DNA from: Vicugna vicugna
Lineage: Eukaryota
Assembly (NCBI GenBank): GCA_013265495.1
Contig: MU058844.1
Location: 7,873,260-7,937,259 of the forward strand
Length of the DNA stretch: 64,000 nt
Direction: 5' to 3'
This document shows positions 38,851 to 51,239 of the stretch, piece after piece; position 1 is the first letter of the stretch; the number at the start of each line of letters is the position of its first letter. The notes below the pieces were generated by a model, which was not told the DNA's origin, searched no databases, and saw only the letters and a list, made by a program, of their open reading frames with translations. A program made the translations under genes and the position numbers.

Positions 38851-39082
38851 TTTTCTCCCGCCTTCAGACTCAGACTTGGATTCAGATTGGAACTTACATC
38901 TTTCACACTTCTGGTTTTTGGACTTGAACTCAGACTTGGGCTGGAACTACAGCATCAGCTTTCCTGGGTCTCCAGCAGATCTTGAGACATCTCAGCTTCC
39001 ATAAGCTTGTGGGCCAATTCTTCTCGTGAGCCAATGTATCCTACCCATTATAGCTCTGTTCCTCTGGAGAACCCTAATATGC
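38851..39082 (+). mobile_element. MLT2 LTR 3' portion fused to the truncated integrase
   Basis: CAGCTTTCCTGGGTCTCCAGC, CTCAGCTTCCATAA..GTGGGCCAATTC, TCTGTTCCTCTGGAGAACCCTAATA. Confidence 0.8.
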
Positions 39083-39234
39083 CTGCTCAACACTTAATCA
39101 CTACTTGTCATTATACAATTATTTGTGAGATCATTTATGGTCTGACTACATGTCCCCTCAGTATAAGGATAATAGTCATAGCTGTTATTATTATTATAGT
39201 GTAATTGTTACAAAACTATCCACTACAGCAATAA

Positions 39235-39460
39235 TAATAATATCCAACCCTTGTCTTACACTTAAAAAATGCTGGGCACTGTTTTAAGTACTTGACATGT
39301 ATTAATTCATGCAATCCCTACAACAGACCTGTGAGTTAGATACTATTATGATCCAATTTACTAATAAGTAAACTGAGGCAGAGAGAGTTTAATTAATATA
39401 CTCAAATACATACCACAGCTAGGACTTGAAACCCAGCAGCCTGGACCTAGATTTCCATCA
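39235..39460 (-). mobile_element. MIR SINE
   Basis: CTGGGCACTGTTTTAAG, GTAAACTGAGGCAGAGAG, GGACTTGAAACCCAG core motifs. Confidence 0.75.
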
Positions 39461-39642
39461 TACCAAGTGTATCTTCTATTATTCTGCTCTGGAATTCCTT
39501 AATGGAGGGCAGTGGTTTTCTTCATACTGTATTCCCTGCATCTAATACATCAGAGAATCAGTTCAGAAGTACAATAGTAAGTGGAGAAGCAGTATCCTGG
39601 AACTAGATCTACTGGGTATGAAGCCCGGTCCTAACACAAAGA

Positions 39643-39965
39643 CTTTTTTTAATTGAAGTATAGTCAGTTACAATGTATCAATTTCTGGTGTGGCGTATAA
39701 TGTCCCAGTCCTACATTTATATACATATATTCAGTTTCATATATTTTTTCATTAAAGGTTGTTACAGGGTATTGAATATAGTTCCCTGTGCTATACAGAA
39801 GAAATTTGTTTTTTTATCTATTTTTGTATATAGTAGCTAATATTTGCAAATCTCAGAACTCCCAGGTTTACCTTTCCCCGCAGTAACCGTAAGATTGTTT
39901 ACTGTGTCTGTAAGTCTGCTTCTGTTTCGTAGATGAGTTCATTAGTGTCTTCTTTTCTCTTTTTT
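39643..39965 (-). mobile_element. Young L1 3' end nested in a plus-strand MIR (~39570-40110)
   Basis: Poly-T then AATTGAAGTATAGTC...GAATATAGTTCCCTGTGCTATACAG. The MIR resumes at TGTGATTGGGGGCAAGTAACTTAACCTCTCTGTGCC. Confidence 0.85.
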
Positions 39966-40799
39966 GTGATTGGGGGCAAGTAACTTAACCTCTCTGTGCC
40001 ACAGGTTTTTCACCTAGATTATTGTTAATATTAAATAAATCAATACTTGTAAAGTACTTAGAACAGTATCTTGCATTTTGTAGCTACTCAATAAATGCTA
40101 GCTTTTATAATGATGCTACTTTTATTCATCGCTTTATCCCCATCACCCAGAAAAAGTAAAATAATAGGGACTCAGTGACTATCTGATAATTAAAGAATAC
40201 ATTTGTTGTATTCCACGTTGCGTTCTTTCAACTGACAACTGTGCTGCCTGTTTTCCTTCCCTTCATCCCTTCATGACCTACAGTGTATGAGGCACTGTGC
40301 TAGGATGACAGAGATGCATAAGTCATAATGTTCATAAGCATTTGGAGCTGAGACATAAGACACATAATATGGTGTCACAAGTGGAATAACATTCTAACCT
40401 AAACATTATAGGAGAACAGCGGGTGGAACACCTAACTTGGGGTGAGGGGGGTCTGGAGGGGAGTGGAGTACCACTACCAACAACAATGCAGATGACCTTC
40501 TCCTGTGAGCTATTTGTTATAACAAAGGGAAATAAACCGTTTTCCACCATTTGCCCAAATATCAAAATAATGCGGCTGGAGACACTGGTCTGGCAGGGTG
40601 AGCAAACTCAAGTGTGACTTTACCTGCAGAGAGATGAGACAGCTACTGACTTACTGCTTACTGAACGAATACCAGGAAGGGTTTCCCGGCCCCCACAATT
40701 CTTCTTATACGACTGAGACCATGGCCTAAAGGAAAGAAAGAGGGCACGTCGGTCAGGAAGGCACTGGTGTGCTGGTGATCGCATCCCAGGAAGACTGCC

Positions 40800-41602
40800 C
40801 TACAGACAGGGACAATTTTTCTCACATCGCAGGAAGTCCGGTAATAAGCAGGTGTTGGCCTTGGGTCGACACTTTTATCAGGAATTCAAGTCCTTTCCTT
40901 TCCTCTTGGGTGTCAGCTTTTACTACATTTATGTTCACCACCCTATGGTGGCAAGATGGCTGTTCTCACACCCAGATTTGACTTTCATACTCAAGACCTG
41001 AAGGGGGAGTTAAGATGCCAGCGTTCTATGAAGAAAGCAAAGCCTTTCCAGAATTCCCCCGGCAGACCTCTGCTTGCATCTCATTGTCACATGGGCACAG
41101 CCAGCTGGACGGGAGCCTGGAAAAGCAAGAGACAGGACTATCACAATTCGCTTAGACGAGGGGTCGGCAAACTCACTCTGTAACAGGCCAGAGAGTAAAT
41201 ATTTTAGGGTTTGCAGGCCACACAGTCCCTGCTGTAATCGCTCAGCCCTGCCATCCCAGCCGCCATAGACGACACATAAACGACCGAACGCTGCTGTGTT
41301 CCAACGGCACTTTATTTATGGACACGGAAATTTGACATAACTCTCACACACTATGAAATACTATTCTTTTGATTTTTTACAATCATTCAAAAATGTACAA
41401 AACAATCTGAGCTCACAGGCTGTATAAAAACAGATGGTGGGTCCGATTTGGCCCAGGCGACCATAGTTTGCCGACCTCTGGCTTGGGCCAATGACAATCC
41501 ATCAACTGGACCTGGGCAGAAAGCTACGACAAAGCTGGCGTGCTGATGGCTGATTCCAAAGGAGGAACAGCTACTGAACAGGCAACTAACAATGCGGCAA
41601 CA
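40800..41602 (-). mobile_element. Old MaLR LTR (MLT1K-like) hosting a MER58
   Basis: AAAGCCTTTCCAGAATTCCCCCGGCAGACCTCTGCTTGCATCTCATTG...; ends ACAGGCAACTAACAATGCGGCAACA. Confidence 0.6.
41158..41480 (+). mobile_element. MER58B-like hAT-Charlie element, full length
   Basis: TIRs (G)AGGGGTCGGCAAACT / AGTTTGCCGACCTCTG; 8-bp TSD GCTTAGAC/GCTTGGGC. Confidence 0.88.
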
Positions 41603-43016
41603 GAGGGCAGGTTTAATCTTCTATATGAACTAGGACGTGTGTAAACTATTTAGTGTATGGTGCTTCCTTTCTGTTGTCTCCACTTTAGTGTCGACTTCTT
41701 TCTTACTCATAAAGGCCTCTGCTCGGCCCCATTCAAGCAGCTGTTATCCAGACTCTGGTTTTTAAGTAATTAATATCAGGAAAGTTTCTCGGAGGGGTAC
41801 CTATCTTTCAACCAACATGGGATTGATTACTTCCTATGGCCACACTTTAAGAGAAAGCTAAAGAGCTCTAAAAATTATGAATTAGAAACTCTATGTAAGT
41901 TTTATAAATGTTTCACAGTTTTCTTCCTGGCTTCCAGTGGTGAGGAAAATGCAAATAGAACCCAGCCTAGAAAAAGATATTCTGCATTCTGCTTTGGCCC
42001 AATCTCATTATCCATTCCCCATTTATAAGAGAAAAAAAAAAAAAAGGGAAGATTTGTAGCAGGCAAAAAATAGCCTCCCTCTTTATATATTTAATTACAA
42101 AGGCAATTTCCTTTATAGCCTACTTACAGGAATACCTCTTAGCATGTTGCCAACAGTATCACAACTTGTTTATTCAAAGGTTATGTGTGAATGAGAGCTT
42201 TTTTGATATTAATCAAGTAATTTGCTAGCATTGCTGGGAAAGGGAAAATGTTAGCTTTCTCCTAAAAAATGAAACAGCCCATTAATCAAGTTCACTCTAT
42301 TGAAGACAATTATGGAGAAAGGGCAAACAGACCCTTTAGATAAGAAATTCCTAAACTGAATAAACTTTTAATATGGTTTGGCATAGACTTCTGCATAGCA
42401 AGTGATGATGTAAACTAACTTTATCACCTGACAAATTATACATAGCAGGTATTTACAGATTCAAAAATTATCGTCCGTTATTAATTGGAAAAAAGAATCC
42501 TAGTCAATGTACCAAATTCAAGAGCAAAATTCTGGTATATGGGCTACTTTGTTGGTGTTCATTTATTATCTCCAGTTAGAGTTAAAAGATGAAACAGAAT
42601 ATGCATGTTTTTAAACATCTGTCTCATTTTCTGGTTCCCTTAGCAGCACACTCTTGCTAGGTTTGAGACTGGGTCTCCATCAATCAAAATCAAATTCTGC
42701 AGTAGAAGGCATTCACAAGTATTTGTATAAATGTAGCCGAATGGATACGGTTGCAAGATAAGGGATATGAAAAATAACTCTGTGCTGAGGCAATATGGTG
42801 CATAAGGTGGGGAAGTCTTTTGTCTGATGAATAGCAAAAACCCATTAGTCAAACACCAACAAAGAGTTAAGCTTTATAAGCCAGGGATTATCTGAACTAC
42901 CTAATAACATTAAGGCTAGTTGAAAGGAAAGAGAAAAAGTTTTCATAATATTGCCAATTATTCCAATTCATTTGTAAATTTTATTGTTACTAAAATTAAA
43001 AATTTCAAAACAGTAT

Positions 43017-43625
43017 TGTTAGGCAGTCAGATAGAAATAAGCACCTGGGCAAGGGGAGAAGAAGGGGGAGGGGGCAACCCCCAAAATAACCGTACGCCTG
43101 CACTCAGGATAAGCGGCTCCGGAAACTTTCACTTTCTCTGAATGGGGGGGGCCAGCAAAGAAGCCAGCTAGGATCTAACGCTGTGGCTGCACAGTAGAGA
43201 AGGACCCGGCTTACCTGAGCAATGCTCATTGTAATGTAATGAACATTGCAGTTTGAGCCCCTGCCCGCAGGTTTCTCTGTGCGTGTCATGGGCAAAAAAC
43301 TTGTGTAAAAGAGATGGGCGTGCCTGAGCACAAAGAACGTGGGCTGTCAGTCAGCCTGAGCACTCACAGAACGGAAGCCATCAATAATCACGAAAACGCC
43401 CCCTAAGCCAGGATATGAGAACAGGGAAAACAAAGGAGAGGTGCCACTTTTCCTCTCTTGCATTTGGCCTGCTTCTGATTCTCGGGGGTGCACTATATTT
43501 TACTACCTTTTTACTTCACCAGCAAAATCTTCTGTTTATATCATGCTCTCGGTCTCCCGTTAAAAATTCATTTTTTTCAGGTGACCAAGAACTGAGGTAA
43601 CTTTTATTCTCCCCTCCCAGTAACA
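43017..43625 (+). mobile_element. Solo LTR with 4-bp TSD (ERV1/class I-like); orientation inferred
   Basis: Begins TGTTA and ends TAACA, with GTAT directly on both sides (43013-43016, 43626-43629). 609 bp, GC-richer than flanks, U5-like GGTGACCAAGAACTGAGG. Confidence 0.82.
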
Positions 43626-43629
43626 GTAT

Positions 43630-43975
43630 GATGTTAGCCACCAGGAAAACGCAAATAAATACTACAATGAGCTACCACTTCCCACCCACTAGGATCTCTA
43701 TAATAAAAAAAGGGAAAGAAAATATCAAGTGTTGGTGAGGACATGGAGAAACTGAAACTCTCATACACCGCTTGTAGAAAAGCAAAATTGTGCAGCCACT
43801 GTGGAAAACAGTTGGGCCATTGCTCAGAAGACTAACTGGAGAATAACCTTCTGACCCCGCAATTCTACTCCTGTGTGTCTGTCCAAAAGAACTGAAAACA
43901 CGTGTTCCCACAAAAGCTAGACTTAGTGTTCCCAGTAGCACTGTTCATAACACCCCAAAACTGAAAACAACTCAA
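43630..43975 (+). mobile_element. Older L1 ORF2 3' fragment
   Basis: ACTACAATGAGCTACCACTTCCCACCCACTAGGAT, GCAGCCACTGTGGAAAACAGTT, GACCCCGCAATTCTACTCCT. Confidence 0.85.
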
Positions 43976-44164
43976 TTTTTTAAAAATGGTATGATAGAAT
44001 TTTTAGTCTTAAAAAACTTTTCAAATATTTCAAAAAATTACAGATAATCATCATCTTTGAACGTTTCCAATACATTTTTATAAGCTCATGTAGTGGAGAG
44101 AAAAAAAAGATTAACAGAAGATGTTACAGTCCCCCATTAAGGGAGGAACTGCCTTTGATTAGAG

Positions 44165-44800
44165 CAAGAGTCTTATACTCAAATGCATCTGGAGGTCAGG
44201 CAGAAGCTGGAGCGCTGGGGACAGTGACGTGCCTGAGAGTAAAGTCCTATCTGAACGGAGCAGCAGCTGCCGCAGAGATACGCCCCCGGTTGCCAGATAT
44301 TTTGTATTTCAAGGAAAGTCAGACACCCAAGCCTTTTTTAATTTTTTTTAAACTCTAGATTTCTTCTTAAAAAATACATCAATTTTATTTACAAGCCAGA
44401 AATAGACTCAAGGACATAGAAAACAAACTATGGTTACTAAAGGGGCAAGAGGGGAAGGATAAATTAGGAGTTTGGGATTAACAATTACATAACACTATAC
44501 ATAAAATAGATGAACATTGAGGAACTACTGTGTAGCACAGGAACTATATTCAATTTCTTGTAATAAGCTATAATGGAAAATAATCTGAATATATGTCTGT
44601 GTGTGTATATATATATATAGATATATAGATAGATGTATGTATATGCATAATTGAATCACTTTGCTGAACACCTGAAACTAACATTATAAATCAACTACAG
44701 TTTGATTAAAAAAAAAACTCTCTAGATTCCTATTTGTTCACATTTTGGAAAACATGTATGAGAGGCTAAACTCAGGCTACAGGCTGTCAGTTTTCAAATT
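44165..44800 (+). mobile_element. MER102-like hAT element split by an L1 insertion
   Basis: CTCAAATGCATCTGGAGGTCAGGCAG and GGTTGCCAGATATTTTGTATTTCAAGG; resumes after 44720. Confidence 0.55.
44363..44716 (+). mobile_element. Young L1 3' UTR fragment
   Basis: ACAAGCCAGAAATAGACTCA...TGTGTAGCACAGGAACTATATTCAA...A tail; approximate TSD AAACTCTAGATT / AAACTCTCTAGATT. Confidence 0.85.
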
Positions 44801-45806
44801 TTTTTAGGAAAAACACCTGGATAATCAGCTTTCCTTACAGTAGGACAGGTCTGGAGGCCCTCACAGAAGCAGGTAACAGAGTTTTGAGACTGGACTGAGC
44901 ACAGGAGAGAGCACAGCCTGAAAGGGGGCTGAAACCAGTGGAGAGGGGGAACCAGGGAGAAAGAAACCCCACCAGTCACGGGCAGCTAGAGAAATAGGGG
45001 TCCAAGGATGTACAATATTCCATTTTAAGTTATTTGATTAAAATCACTTTGCCACCAAAACCTTCCAAACTGGCCACACACACAAATGCGAACGGTTTTA
45101 GAGGAAATCAGGAAAGAATCTGTTCTGCAACTAGTGAAGGCAGAGCAGTAAGAAGAAGCAGCCAGGAGAGAACAGCAGAAGCAGAGGCTCGGAGCCTCAG
45201 GATGTGAGGGGCAGGTATTTGCAAAAACTAGGCAACAGCATCCAACGTCTCACAGAAGATGGGGGTGAGGGGCAGGCTGAGCTCAGCTGACACCCGAACT
45301 GCAGGAGAAAACTTCAGAAGTGCAACATTTTAAATAGAAACAATTAATGCCAAACCCCTGATACTGAGAAGCAGAGAAAGATAACAAAGTGGTTGGACAA
45401 AAGTGAAATTATTTTTGTGGTCTGTGCACCTTACAGTTGAGTGATCCTCTCCTGTTTCTATCCTCCCACCATGGAAGGATGTAGTTTGAATCAGTCTCCA
45501 GTTTTGAGAGAAAATCTTTCAAATGGAAACACTCCTTCATTGTATCTGATCCTAAGGGGCTAAGGGAATAAGAAAGGAAAGCAGGAACCCCTGGTGTACT
45601 GATTGTACCCACACCCATTCATGCCTACCCAGGACTTAGACTAAAGTCACAGGATAAAGAGAGAGACCTGCTTTTGAACAGAATGTGATCTTGGGCGAGT
45701 CGTATGGCCATTCTAAGCTTCTGAGTTCTCCTCTGGAGTTTGGATTTGAGAATAATTATGTTTCTCCTGTCTACTTTACCAAACTGCTTTCAAGAGCTAA
45801 ATATCC

Positions 45807-45852
45807 AAAAAAAGAAAAGAAAAAAAAAAAAAAAAAAAAAAAAAGAAAAAAG
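45807..45852. repeat. Long poly(A)/A-rich tract within a MIR-like relic
   Basis: About 45-nt A-rich run with a few G interruptions. Confidence 0.9.
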
Positions 45853-46613
45853 AAGCCTTTTGAAAACTGTGAAATGCTCTGCATGTAAAAAGTATAATTA
45901 CAACAGGAACACAATCTTGAGAGTGAAGGAATGAAATAATTAACTCTCTTCATTCAGATTTGTATCTATGGGCAGGCCCCCCCTGCCCTGTAATTCCAAG
46001 GAGCAAGTTGAATGCTATGTATGGGATACAACGTCACCTGGGGAGCAAAAGCCAGTGGGGAAAGTGGATACAACTGGGGTGCTCCCGTGGGCACCTTATT
46101 TTCAGCAGTGCTCAGAATTACTGAGTGTTGGGTCCTGTACTAGATAATTCGCATTATTTAATTATTTGGTTAATGTCTCCAAGATGAAATACGTTTAAAA
46201 CTAAGATATTTAAAGGTCACTTTAGTAATTTCTCTTATCCTGAAAATGGAGAGCTGCAAATTGATGCATGTCGTATCTTCTCTTTATCTGACTGGTTTTT
46301 CTTTTCCAGAAGGAGGGCTGGAAAGTGCCCCAGATAAAGGGGTGATTCAGCTTGATTGCTACAGGCATAGAGGCGAGTGTGAAGAGACATGCCAGGGTGT
46401 TTACAACAATGTCTTAAGAAATGCCTGCCCTCATCTCCTTTTGACTCTTCCTTGTCTAAATTTAAATCACTCATCTGAGGACAAAAGCTTTGATCTCACT
46501 TTATTTCCTCTGCTCATCAAAACATTTCAAATTATGTTTCAGTCCTCATAATGATTTCCATTAGTACAGATGCTTATGTTTGGACTCATAGTTGTAGACT
46601 TTCCAGCCCCACA

Positions 46614-46663
46614 GTGAGTGTGTGTGTGTGTGTGTGTGAGTGTGTGTGTATGTGTGTGTGTGT
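46614..46663. repeat. (TG)n microsatellite, interrupted
   Basis: Seen directly. Confidence 0.95.
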
Positions 46664-47625
46664 ATATAACAGAGAGAAGGTGGACAAGGTCGGTGAAAGG
46701 CAATCACATAGATTGGCCAATGATCATAAAGACTTGTAGCAAATGTATTTACTGTTGTTACACTGCAATAGGAAAATGAGATGCTATCCATATTTTACAG
46801 TTATTCTCTGGCTATAAAAAAGCTTTCATGAAGCCAGTATGCTCCAAAAAATTTACAAAGAGCCTCAGGTAAAATAAAGGAAAAAATGCTGGGCAATTTC
46901 ATCATGAAGGGTCACATCCAGTTTGGTTATGTCTACTGCAGTCTTGCATACTGAACCTGCTGTCATGGGCTCAGGAACTCTGGCTCCCTGATGCACAGTG
47001 GCCAGGTCAGAAGAAAGAACCATGCAGTATCATCAGATGACAGGGATGGCTCTTTGGAAATGGTTTCATCTACCCCAATGCTCCTCTGTACTACTGTTAC
47101 TTAGACCAGCTGTGTTCAGCTAGTCATGGTTCATAAGTTTATCCTAAAATGAAGAATTCATGCCTTAAATCAAGGACCCAAACTAAATTAGTGTTACAGG
47201 ATTTTCAGGAAGTAATGTCTTCCATGTCTGCAATCCATAAAGAAACCCTGATGGAACCTTCTCTGTGAGCTTTGGTTCTACCCTCTACTCCAAAGAAGAG
47301 ATGTTTCACAAACCCTGGATAGGTGGCATGGGCCATGCAGGATGTAACCTGCAGCTGATAGTCAACACTGTACCTGCTACATTGGATCCACTGTAAATGA
47401 GAAAGCTTACCTATGTCATTTGACTGCCCTAAACTACAACATCTTCATTGGAAAGTGCAGAGGTCAAATCTAACGTTCTCTCCTGCTCTCCGATGTTGCT
47501 GTTACAATTTCTGTGAATGTCACTTTGGGGCCACTTGAGAAACAGCAGCAGACTAACTCATCTTCAGCATCACTCACAGGGCAAAAATTTTGGAATTAAT
47601 AAAATTCCAAACAAAATTGAGTTCT

Positions 47626-47933
47626 TCATCTACAAAACAGAAACAGACTCGCAGACATAATAAACAATCTTATGGTTACCAGGGAAAGGGGGTGGGAAGG
47701 GATAAATTTGGGAGTTTGAGATTTACAAATTTTAGCCATTATATATAAAAATAAATTCTAAAAAAAGTTTCCTCTGTATAGCACAGGGAACTACGTTCAG
47801 TATCTTGCAATCACCTTTAACGGAAAAAAAAATGTATGTATATGCATGACATTGTGCTGTATGCCAGAAATTGACACATTATAACTGACTGTGCTTCAAT
47901 AAAAAAAATTTTTTAAATAACCCTTCCCCACAA
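47626..47933 (+). mobile_element. Young L1 3' UTR fragment with TSD
   Basis: CTACAAAACAGAAACAGACTCGCAGACATA...CAATAAAAAAA; TSD AAAA(T/A)TGAGTTCT at 47613-47625 and 47934-47946. Confidence 0.9.
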
Positions 47934-50034
47934 AAAAATGAGTTCTATAAAAGAGAAGTGACAAAAAAACTGATAAAGTTCCTTGACTCACCTTATAGAA
48001 AGAGAGAGGTTTTGTCGGTATAGTAGCATTTTATAAATATCATCAACAGAGTAACTGGGAGGGTCAGACCTGATGGGATATAATAAAACATAATATTGAT
48101 GAGCTCTTCTCTATCATATAATGCAAGATTATTAAATTACATTTTAATAGAATAGTATGTTTAACATCTAAATATTTGGTGGTATAGAACAGATTTCTAT
48201 TTTTTGACTTGTAGCAAATATTACTATCAAACTCAGCATAGAACCTATTTCTAAAAAGACACTTTAAAACATCACAATTCCAGTGAGACTTCCCAAATTG
48301 CCATCATTATCAAGTGGAGGCAAAGGCACATTCACAGAATAATAGTCTACTGCAAAGGAAAACACAAACATACAGACATTAAGCATGACATATTTAAAAT
48401 GACACAAAAGGATTAAAAATGAAAGCCTACTGAGATTATTAATTGGCTTTATGTAATTTAATAAGTTGATGCCTGCAGAATTAAAAAGCTAATTATTACT
48501 AGAGTCAATATACCATTTCTTGCTAAATGAGATTAAAAAAAGGGCCCACAGTTAAATCCAAGGTTTCCACTCCTCACACACAAACACCCTCCTCCTCCCT
48601 CACCAGTTCTGATTTTCCAGTAATAAATGACCTTTTACACTATACAAGAGGAGTGTCCAGCTGAAAAAAGGCATTTTAATCCCTACATGACATTTTTAGT
48701 ATTTTTGGAAATAAATTGCTTGATTTTTCTCTCAATCATGTTTTTCAAACTTTCACTATAGTCTCTAGCTGCTCAATGGTGTTGCCAAGAGAAAGTTCTC
48801 AGAGGAGTTATTTCATCTTGAGTCTTCTAGGATGGAAAAGAAAGATACATGGTAGAAAATTATTAGAAAAAGCATTTCTAGGAGTCTTGAGCTATTACTA
48901 AAATACAGAACTCTGTTCTCTCTGACAGGAGAATGGCTGATAGCTTTGTCTTGAATGAGGGATATTCCTGTCAGATCCAAAGGAGGCAGGTGAGAAATTA
49001 AATTTATTTCAGATCAGAATAGATGGCCAGTTCCAGTTGAGACTTCAAGTTGTTTGGACATTTTTTCCAGCATCTCCTTTGGTTATATTATCCACTCTCT
49101 TATTTGTTAGAGCTTTCCCCCGCTGCAACACAGTGGCTTAATCTTGGCAGGTTATTAAGCAACCAAAAAGGACACAATCTCAAACTATTCTAACCAAATC
49201 CTCCACCTCTACAACAAAAACTTAATGATTACTAATTGCAATTAACCATTAATTCCCCATGAATTTCCCCCCTAACTTTCACCTTTTGGGAATCACTAGA
49301 AACTTCCCAAATACCATTTTAGATATTATATTAACTTCGTAGATTCCTATAGTTTTTTTTTTTAATGACCTCAATCAAGTTGTCTCACGTATTTGAAACG
49401 TTCTCATTGGATCCATGATTTTCTTGCTAAACAAAAGCTCTTCTCTCCACTCTTTGGAATTATGCAAACGAATAACACAATAGCATCAGAGAGCAGTTGT
49501 AAGAAGTTAGGAGAATGTTTAGGGAAATGTAAAAGAAAAACTTCACAGAAATGTCATGTTACCAAGAAAGGTCAAATTCCAACAGTACTAGGTCAGGGAT
49601 AGGGGGAATACTTCTCAAATCTCTGAAATAACAACAAAAGGCCAATATATGAAGTGGCAGATGGAATGAAAGCCAATTCAAAGCCCACTCTGATTGCATC
49701 CTGCAGGCAGACCACCCAAAAGGACACAGCAAGAAAGTTAAATGCATTTTAAGGCATGCATTTCTCTGCTGCAAAACTAAACCTAACAGAGTAGCCCGAC
49801 GGCACTGCCATTTCAGCGTGTTCTTTCTTTACAGCATGTGCCCAGTCCAACGCGTAAGCCCAGTTTTGTAGCAGTACCCCTTCATTCAACTGAGTTGAGT
49901 TTTAAATAGCAGGAAGTGTACCGAAATCTACGGTAGTAAAAATATTTAAATTAAGTGAAAAGCACATTCCAAAGGTACATACAAATGAATTGGAATTATT
50001 ACAATTCTTAAATTATCCATAGAAACCCTGTTTT

Positions 50035-50359
50035 TTCCCTGTAATATCACAAAACACACCAGACTGGGTAGTTTATAAACCACATAAATTTATTTCTTAC
50101 AGCTCTGGAGGCCAGACGGGAGTCTAAGTTTAGGGCGCCGGCGTGGTCAGGTGAGGGTCTTCTTCCGGGTTGCAGATTTCTGTACCCTCACACGGTGGAA
50201 GCGGTGAGAGAGTTCATTAGAGCCCCTTTTGTAAGGGTATTAATCCCATTCATGAGGGCTTTGTCCCCATTACCTAATCACCTCCTAATAGCATCACCTG
50301 TGGGCATTAGGTTTTCAACAGAGAAATTTTGGTGGGATGTAAATAATCAGACCATAGCA
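50035..50359 (-). mobile_element. MLT1A-like MaLR LTR
   Basis: AGACTGGGTAGTTTATAAAC..AAATTTATTTCTTACAGCTCTGGAGG, TAATCCCATTCATGAGGG, ends CAGACCATAGCA. Confidence 0.85.
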
Positions 50360-51239
50360 ACCTCCTTTCATCTTCGTGATCATTTGCAGTAAGAGAGGTA
50401 GAGAACATGATGTATGGAAGATCGAACAGCTAGAGAAACCCCCAAGGGGGTGAGAAACCTCATCTATGGATGCAAGTTCACTGCCTGAGTGCTCACATGA
50501 CACAGGACATGGGCGTTCAGGACAGCACGGGAACAGGCCTGCTGGCTGGCTTTGGGCTGTGGGCAGGTTATTTCATACCACTGAGCCCTGGTTTCCTTAG
50601 CTGTAAAACTGGAACATAACTTCACAAATCTATAGGGTGTTTAGCATAAAACAAAATGCTTTTAGCTAAATTTTATCTTGTAATAAAGGAATTAGGTGAT
50701 ACATAATCATGTTATTCTATAACAACGATTTTAACAAGATTATTGAATGCTGCCAGTTTTCACCTTGTCTAGTGTATTTTATGTTCTACTCAACAACCAC
50801 CTGCGATTTCCTTATAACGGACTCCTGAACGTGTTGTACCCATGTCTCCCAGCAGAACAGGGATGTGCTCTCCTCCAGGACCAGAGCTAGAGGAACAGCA
50901 TCTTCTAATAATGGCCATTTTTACCAAACAACCTATGAAGTGGGGAATTGGCCCTGTTTGGGATATTTCCCAACACTTTTCTATAGGTCATCAATAAAAC
51001 AAAACAGAATGAGAACTATGTCATCTTTTTAGAACATGGCAAATCTGCTATCAGCAACCCTTATTATTATCATAACTACTACAAATTAACGATCAATGAT
51101 GATTATTGATGATGTATTAGCTACAATGTATCTCTAATTTGACTAACAATCTCTACCTTTTTTAAACTTTCTCCCAAGTCTGTTAAAATCCAAGTGTAGG
51201 TGTTGTTGCTATCGAGGATTTTAAAAAGGCTTATACAAC

